Shown: piece by piece, positions 59,638-64,000 of the stretch
Layout of the letters: every line of letters starts with the position of its first letter
How positions within the stretch are numbered: position 1 is the first letter of the stretch
NCBI GenBank assembly: GCA_965243115.1
Contig: CBDEUD010000003.1
Span: forward strand, 3,707,967 to 3,771,966
Origin: Gammaproteobacteria bacterium
GTDB lineage: Bacteria; Pseudomonadota; Gammaproteobacteria; Eutrophobiales; Eutrophobiaceae
DNA: 64,000 nucleotides
Direction: 5' to 3'
The notes under the pieces: generated by a model
What the model was told of the DNA's origin: nothing
Seen by the model: only the letters and a program-made list of their open reading frames with translations
Databases searched by the model: none
Position numbers and translations under genes: made by a program

Positions 59638-60479
59638 AGATTAATGTTTCCCTCGTAAACTGTTGTGCTCGGCCCTTTCATCCAGATCGGCTCATCGCCA
59701 CCTGCCCACGAAACTTCCAGACTGCCGCCCGGTAATGACACATCGACCCTCCGGCCAAGATTATACACCTTAATTCCGGCCGCCACGGCAGCACACGCCC
59801 CGCTGCCGCAGGCCGGTGTCTCACCGGCGCCGCGTTCGTACACGCGCAACCTGATGCGGGAATCATCCAGGATCTGCATAAATCCCACGTTCACACTGTT
59901 GGGAAACAAGGCATGGCTTTGAAGCTGCGGGCCAATTACGCTTACCGGGGCGCTGTCAACGTCGTCAACCTGCAGAACGGCATGGGGGTTGCCCAGGGAC
60001 AAGGCTGCGAACTCGATGTTCATCCCATCCACCTCGAGATTGTAGGACTGCCGTTGTTCTGCGCCGGCAAGCGGGATATCCGCCGGTTTGAACCCGGGAC
60101 GGCCCATATTGACCCTGATGAGATCGCCTTCACAGTAAAGCTTTACCAACCCGGCCCCGGTCTCGGCGACCAGTTCGTCTTTGCTGACGAGGCCGTTTTC
60201 CCGCAGGAAAGCGGCCACACAGCGCATGCCGTTGCCACACTGTTCGGCTTCACTGCCGTCCGGGTTATAGATGCTGACAAGAAAATCCGCCTGTTCGTGA
60301 CGGCCGGGACGAATTATCAATAGCTGGTCGCAACCGACACCGTGCCTGCGGTGCGCAATCCTGCGGATTTGGTCCCGGTCCGGATTAACCGCCTGTTCCA
60401 GGGCGTTGACTACCACGAAATCATTGCCGAGTCCGTGCATCTTCGTGAATTTCAACGGCATGCCCGAACCTGCCTTCAT
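59634..60479 (-). CDS. dapF: Diaminopimelate epimerase
   Basis: FTKMHGLGNDF, EQCGNG.RC, GNPH, ERGAGET.ACGSGACA. Start at 60479 (ATGA overlap with mscS) or 60461. Confidence 0.97.
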   Translation of the reverse strand: MKAGSGMPLKFTKMHGLGNDFVVVNALEQAVNPDRDQIRRIAHRRHGVGCDQLLIIRPGRHEQADFLVSIYNPDGSEAEQCGNGMRCVAAFLRENGLVSKDELVAETGAGLVKLYCEGDLIRVNMGRPGFKPADIPLAGAEQRQSYNLEVDGMNIEFAALSLGNPHAVLQVDDVDSAPVSVIGPQLQSHALFPNSVNVGFMQILDDSRIRLRVYERGAGETPACGSGACAAVAAGIKVYNLGRRVDVSLPGGSLEVSWAGGDEPIWMKGPSTTVYEGNINL

Positions 60480-61624
60480 TCCGGCTGCCGCAGATTCTCG
60501 CGGGTCGCAGGATCGGGCCCGATTTCCGGCCCCGGCATCCCATCCGCTTTACCGGCAAGGTGTATGGTCGAGGTCGGAAACGCAGATTCAGCGCCGTGTC
60601 CCTCGATAATTTCCAGGATCTTCAGCATCACTTCTTCCTTGATTTCGTGGAACCTGATCCATTCGGTCGTCCTGGTGAAGGTATAGACAAAAAAGTCCAG
60701 GGAAGACGGCGCAAACTTGACAAAATTGACGATCATCGTCTGCTTCGTATCAATCTCGGGATGCTCGCGCAGCATCTGTTTCACGTCGCGGGTAATCGCC
60801 GCCATCTTGCCCGCGTCCTCGTAGCGGATGCCGATGGTTTCGTAGATGCGCCGGTTGGTCATCCGTTGCGGGTTCTCCACGGCGATATTGGCAAATACGG
60901 AATTGGGAACATACAGCGGCCTTTTGTCAAAGGTGCGTATCCGGGTCAATCTCCAGCCGATGTGCTCCACGGTCCCTTCTATCTCCTTGTCGGGCGAGCG
61001 AATCCAGTCGCCCACATCGAATGGACGGTCCATGTAGATCATCAGGCCGCCGAAAAAGTTGGCCAGTAAATCCCTGGCTGCAAACCCGACCACGATGCCG
61101 CCGACGCCGCCGAAGGCCAGCACCCCGGCGATGCTGAAACCCAGGGTCTGCAACATGATCAGGAACGCGATAACGATAATCACTATTCGCAGTAACTTGG
61201 CAATGGCATCCGCGGTGGTGCGGTCAAACGGCACGCCGGCATCTGAACGTGATTTGAGGTAGTGCATTTCGGCCTTGTTAATGAACCTGACCAGGAACCA
61301 GGCGAAGGCGGAAATGACACCCACATAGCGCAGGGGCTCAACGATCCCGAAAATAGCCGCAGCGTGTTCCTGCCTGATAATATCGGCCGCAAAGGTGAGG
61401 CCCAACAGCCAGATCAATACGCTCAACGGTTTGCCGACGGCTTCCAGCAGTGCGCTGTCCCAGGGGATCCTGGTCTTGCGGACCCGGACCAGTAATTTTG
61501 CCGTTCCCCGCTTCTGTAACCAGTCAACCAGCAGGGTGACGACCAGCAGTATGGAAACCTGCATTATCCACGCTTCATGCATGAAGTAGCGCCAGGTATC
61601 TGCAGCAAATTGATTTAAATCCAC
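60476..61624 (-). CDS. Small-conductance mechanosensitive channel (MscS family, YnaI-like)
   Basis: LAFGGVGGIVVGFAARDLLANFFGG..DRPF.VGDWI, EGTVE.IGWR.T, YVPNS motifs. Confidence 0.93.
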   Translation of the reverse strand: MDLNQFAADTWRYFMHEAWIMQVSILLVVTLLVDWLQKRGTAKLLVRVRKTRIPWDSALLEAVGKPLSVLIWLLGLTFAADIIRQEHAAAIFGIVEPLRYVGVISAFAWFLVRFINKAEMHYLKSRSDAGVPFDRTTADAIAKLLRIVIIVIAFLIMLQTLGFSIAGVLAFGGVGGIVVGFAARDLLANFFGGLMIYMDRPFDVGDWIRSPDKEIEGTVEHIGWRLTRIRTFDKRPLYVPNSVFANIAVENPQRMTNRRIYETIGIRYEDAGKMAAITRDVKQMLREHPEIDTKQTMIVNFVKFAPSSLDFFVYTFTRTTEWIRFHEIKEEVMLKILEIIEGHGAESAFPTSTIHLAGKADGMPGPEIGPDPATRENLRQPE

Positions 61625-61646
61625 ATCAGCCTCGTTGTTTCAGTCT

Positions 61647-62555
61647 TCAGAAAACCCTGGTGATTTCAAAATCATGCTGCTCCAGCAGAGCCAGCACGCC
61701 TTCTTCGCCGGGCAGGTGCAGCGCGCCCATTGCAATAAATGCCGCGCCGCGCTCCAGTACCGGTAGCATTCTCTCAACCATCCTGTAGTTGCGCAGGGTC
61801 AATATCTTTTCAGTCAGGTTTTCGTAAAGCGTATTATCGTCAAACGAATACCGCTGGCCGTAGGAAAACAGTCCCGCCAGGTCTCCCTCCGTGTACAACG
61901 AGATCATTATTGCAAAATCACCCTCAAGTATCTCACGGTGGCAGACTGCATCCGTCAGTAATCGTACCTGATCGGTGAGAGAAAGACTATTGAACACGCC
62001 ACCCAGTTCTTCCATCGATTCGAGACCCCCGGTGGCGGCCTCCCCGGTACGGGCAAGACGCAGTAACTGCTGGTCCAGCACGATGCCCATCTCGGCCGGA
62101 TAACTCATTGTCAGGTAGGCGGCCCAGGGTTTCATCGTTGCCACGTCGTTCTCCGTCAGGTGATAGGCGCGCAACACCATCAGCGTCTCCGCATAAAGAT
62201 CGGCTGAAATGACGTCCTGCAGCCTGGTGCCGTCAGCGAAGAACATCATGCGCCGCATCAGGGCGATATCATCCGGTTCAGGGATCGCTTCCATGACGAA
62301 CACCTCACTTTCCGCCAACAGATCCCTGACCTTCTCCAGTTGTTCGCTGACGTGCCGTTCGACAACGTGGATCGTACCGAACACATAACTTGGCGTCAGG
62401 CCTTCCCTGGATACCTTCCATAACAGGCCCTGCCCGAACTCGTCCGGGCCGGGATAGGAAATTTCACTGATGTGCAACGGGCGGCAGGCGAGTTCCGCCG
62501 GCAGGACGTGACCTGTCCACAACAGCAACAGGAAGAATAACAGCCTGTTAACCAT
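61647..62555 (-). CDS. TraB/GumN family protein (Tiki/TRABD-like metalloprotease fold)
   Basis: Signal peptide, GLLWKV..SYVFGTIH, GLE, RN.RM, FIAMGALHL.GEEGVL.LL motifs. Confidence 0.88.
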   Translation of the reverse strand: MVNRLLFFLLLLWTGHVLPAELACRPLHISEISYPGPDEFGQGLLWKVSREGLTPSYVFGTIHVVERHVSEQLEKVRDLLAESEVFVMEAIPEPDDIALMRRMMFFADGTRLQDVISADLYAETLMVLRAYHLTENDVATMKPWAAYLTMSYPAEMGIVLDQQLLRLARTGEAATGGLESMEELGGVFNSLSLTDQVRLLTDAVCHREILEGDFAIMISLYTEGDLAGLFSYGQRYSFDDNTLYENLTEKILTLRNYRMVERMLPVLERGAAFIAMGALHLPGEEGVLALLEQHDFEITRVF

Positions 62556-63612
62556 GGATGCTGTCATCATCCAGTTCCAGTTCCGGCGCCACGTCCAGAC
62601 CAGACACCTCATCAACGATCTTCAATCGCTTCTCGTTAACGCATAGTTCGTCATAAGACAAGCCCGTACCGGCGCCATGCATCCGCATCAACCTCAGTTG
62701 CGATGCCGGATCGGCATTCACCTTCAGTTCATCCAGCAACGCGCCGGCCGCCGCCTGGTTATTGCATACCAGCACCATGTCACAACCGGCATCCAGGGCA
62801 CAGTACGCGCGTTCCGCATAACTCCCGGCCACCTCGGCCCCGGCCATGCTGATATCGTCGCTGAAGATTACGCCCTGGAAATTCAGCCTGCCGCGCAAGA
62901 CCTGCTTCAACCAGAGTTGCGAGAAACCGGCAGGTTTATCATCCACCTTGGAGTAAATCACATGGGCCGGCATGACAGCCGCCAAGCCGGCATTGATCAG
63001 GCGTTCGAACGGCAGTATATCCGCCATGTATATCGCTCCGTAACTCCGGTCATCCACCGGTACTTCATGGTGGGAATCCCCTTTCACGTTGCCGTGTCCC
63101 GGGAAGTGTTTCCCGACCGCCATCATGCCGGCGTCACGCATACCCTTCACCAAGCGTTGGCCCAGGCGCGCCACGACTTCCGGGGAACTGTGGTAGACGC
63201 GGCTTCCCAGGAAGGAACTGACACCGGAATCAAGGTCGAGTACCGGGGTGAAACTGAGATCGACACCCACGGCCAGCAGTTCACTGGCCAACAGCCAGCC
63301 GGTTTGTTCCACCAGCGCCAATGCCCTGTGCTCCTCCTGTTCGTAGAGTTCGCCGAAACAGCGGGCCGGGGGCAAGCGGGTGAAGCCCTGGTGGAAGCGC
63401 TGTACCTGTCCCCCTTCATGGTCAACGGCAATCAACAACCCGGGTTTGCGCAGGGCGTGGATTTGAGACGTAAGCGCGATCAATGTCTCCGGCGCCCGGT
63501 AATTGCGCGCAAACAGGATAACTCCACCCACCAGCGGATGTAACAGCATTTCCCGTTCGTCCGCCTGCAGTTCAGCACCGCGCAGATCGAGCATTATCGG
63601 GCCGATGGACAT
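62548..63612 (-). CDS. nagZ: Beta-N-acetylhexosaminidase NagZ (GH3)
   Basis: GGVILFARN, AVDHEGG.VQR, KHFPGHG..DSH, FSDD.SM.GA motifs. Confidence 0.96.
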   Translation of the reverse strand: MSIGPIMLDLRGAELQADEREMLLHPLVGGVILFARNYRAPETLIALTSQIHALRKPGLLIAVDHEGGQVQRFHQGFTRLPPARCFGELYEQEEHRALALVEQTGWLLASELLAVGVDLSFTPVLDLDSGVSSFLGSRVYHSSPEVVARLGQRLVKGMRDAGMMAVGKHFPGHGNVKGDSHHEVPVDDRSYGAIYMADILPFERLINAGLAAVMPAHVIYSKVDDKPAGFSQLWLKQVLRGRLNFQGVIFSDDISMAGAEVAGSYAERAYCALDAGCDMVLVCNNQAAAGALLDELKVNADPASQLRLMRMHGAGTGLSYDELCVNEKRLKIVDEVSGLDVAPELELDDDSIHG

Positions 63613-63802
63613 ATCTGTGTTCCGGTTGTCTCACCTGAATAACTTCAGCAGGCTGATATTCTACATTCCGGCGGCAATTGAAGTAAAAGCGTCTTCATCG
63701 GTGAACGCCGGGGACTTCAAGCACTTGAGCTGGTTCTGCAAGACAAGGCCGGGTAAACGTCGGAAGGTTACTTCTTGGTGCTGGCAGGACTGACAGGGGG
63801 AC

Positions 63803-63831
63803 TTGACAACCAATAGGCTAAATCTTACATT
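63803..63831 (+). promoter_or_regulatory. sigma70 promoter
   Basis: TTGACA (63803-63808), 17 bp spacer, TACATT (63826-63831). Confidence 0.6.
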
Positions 63832-63913
63832 AACACTATCACAAAGATGTAGAGTTAGAGTTCCCGTACCAACTATGCGTAGTACCTGCCCTATTTAGCT
63901 GTATCCGCTTCCC

Positions 63914-64000
63914 ATGGATTGGATTGCAGCCAGCGTCATCGTTTCAGCAATCGGTATTATTGTTACGATTGCAATCACTTCGAGAGCAACAAATAAAGAG
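63914..64000 (+). CDS. Partial ORF, N-terminal membrane helix, truncated by the window edge
   Basis: ATG at 63914 reads MDWIAASVIVSAIGIIVTIAITSRATNKE open to the edge; AT-rich and downstream of a good promoter. Confidence 0.45.
   Translation, partial: MDWIAASVIVSAIGIIVTIAITSRATNKE

Overview
64 kb of a GC-rich gammaproteobacterial chromosome. The surface-protein repertoire suggests an animal-associated lineage, possibly a sponge symbiont (inference). Bases 1-16.1 kb form an accessory, host-interaction-like block ending at tRNA-Ser(CGA). It holds a 1166-aa DUF4157 (eCIS-core/effector-type) protein with a multi-pass membrane cargo and three copies of an unrecognised helical repeat, then a 4120-aa autotransporter-like surface protein (FN3, LRR, Calx-beta, 9 SwmB-like and 7 Ig-like repeats, a metazoan-type SRCR domain, C-terminal beta-barrel). 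That gene's sigma70 promoter is overlaid by a perfect 20-bp LacI-type operator. The remainder is mostly core genome: DUF1015-serA, glmM-ftsH-rlmE-greA-carB-carA, an inserted MocA-like/GFA/Lhr/thioesterase block, dapB-dnaJ-dnaK-grpE-hrcA, nadK-recN, a riboswitch-controlled cobalamin uptake/salvage cluster interleaved with fur-bamE-ratAB-smpB, and xerC-DUF484-dapF-mscS-TraB/GumN-nagZ. At least four families of small palindromic or inverted-repeat elements occupy the intergenic spaces, and three have become coding sequence (inside lhr, and at the C-termini of glmM and cobQ). glmM appears to start at a non-canonical ATT codon. All calls come from reading the sequence; no searches were run.
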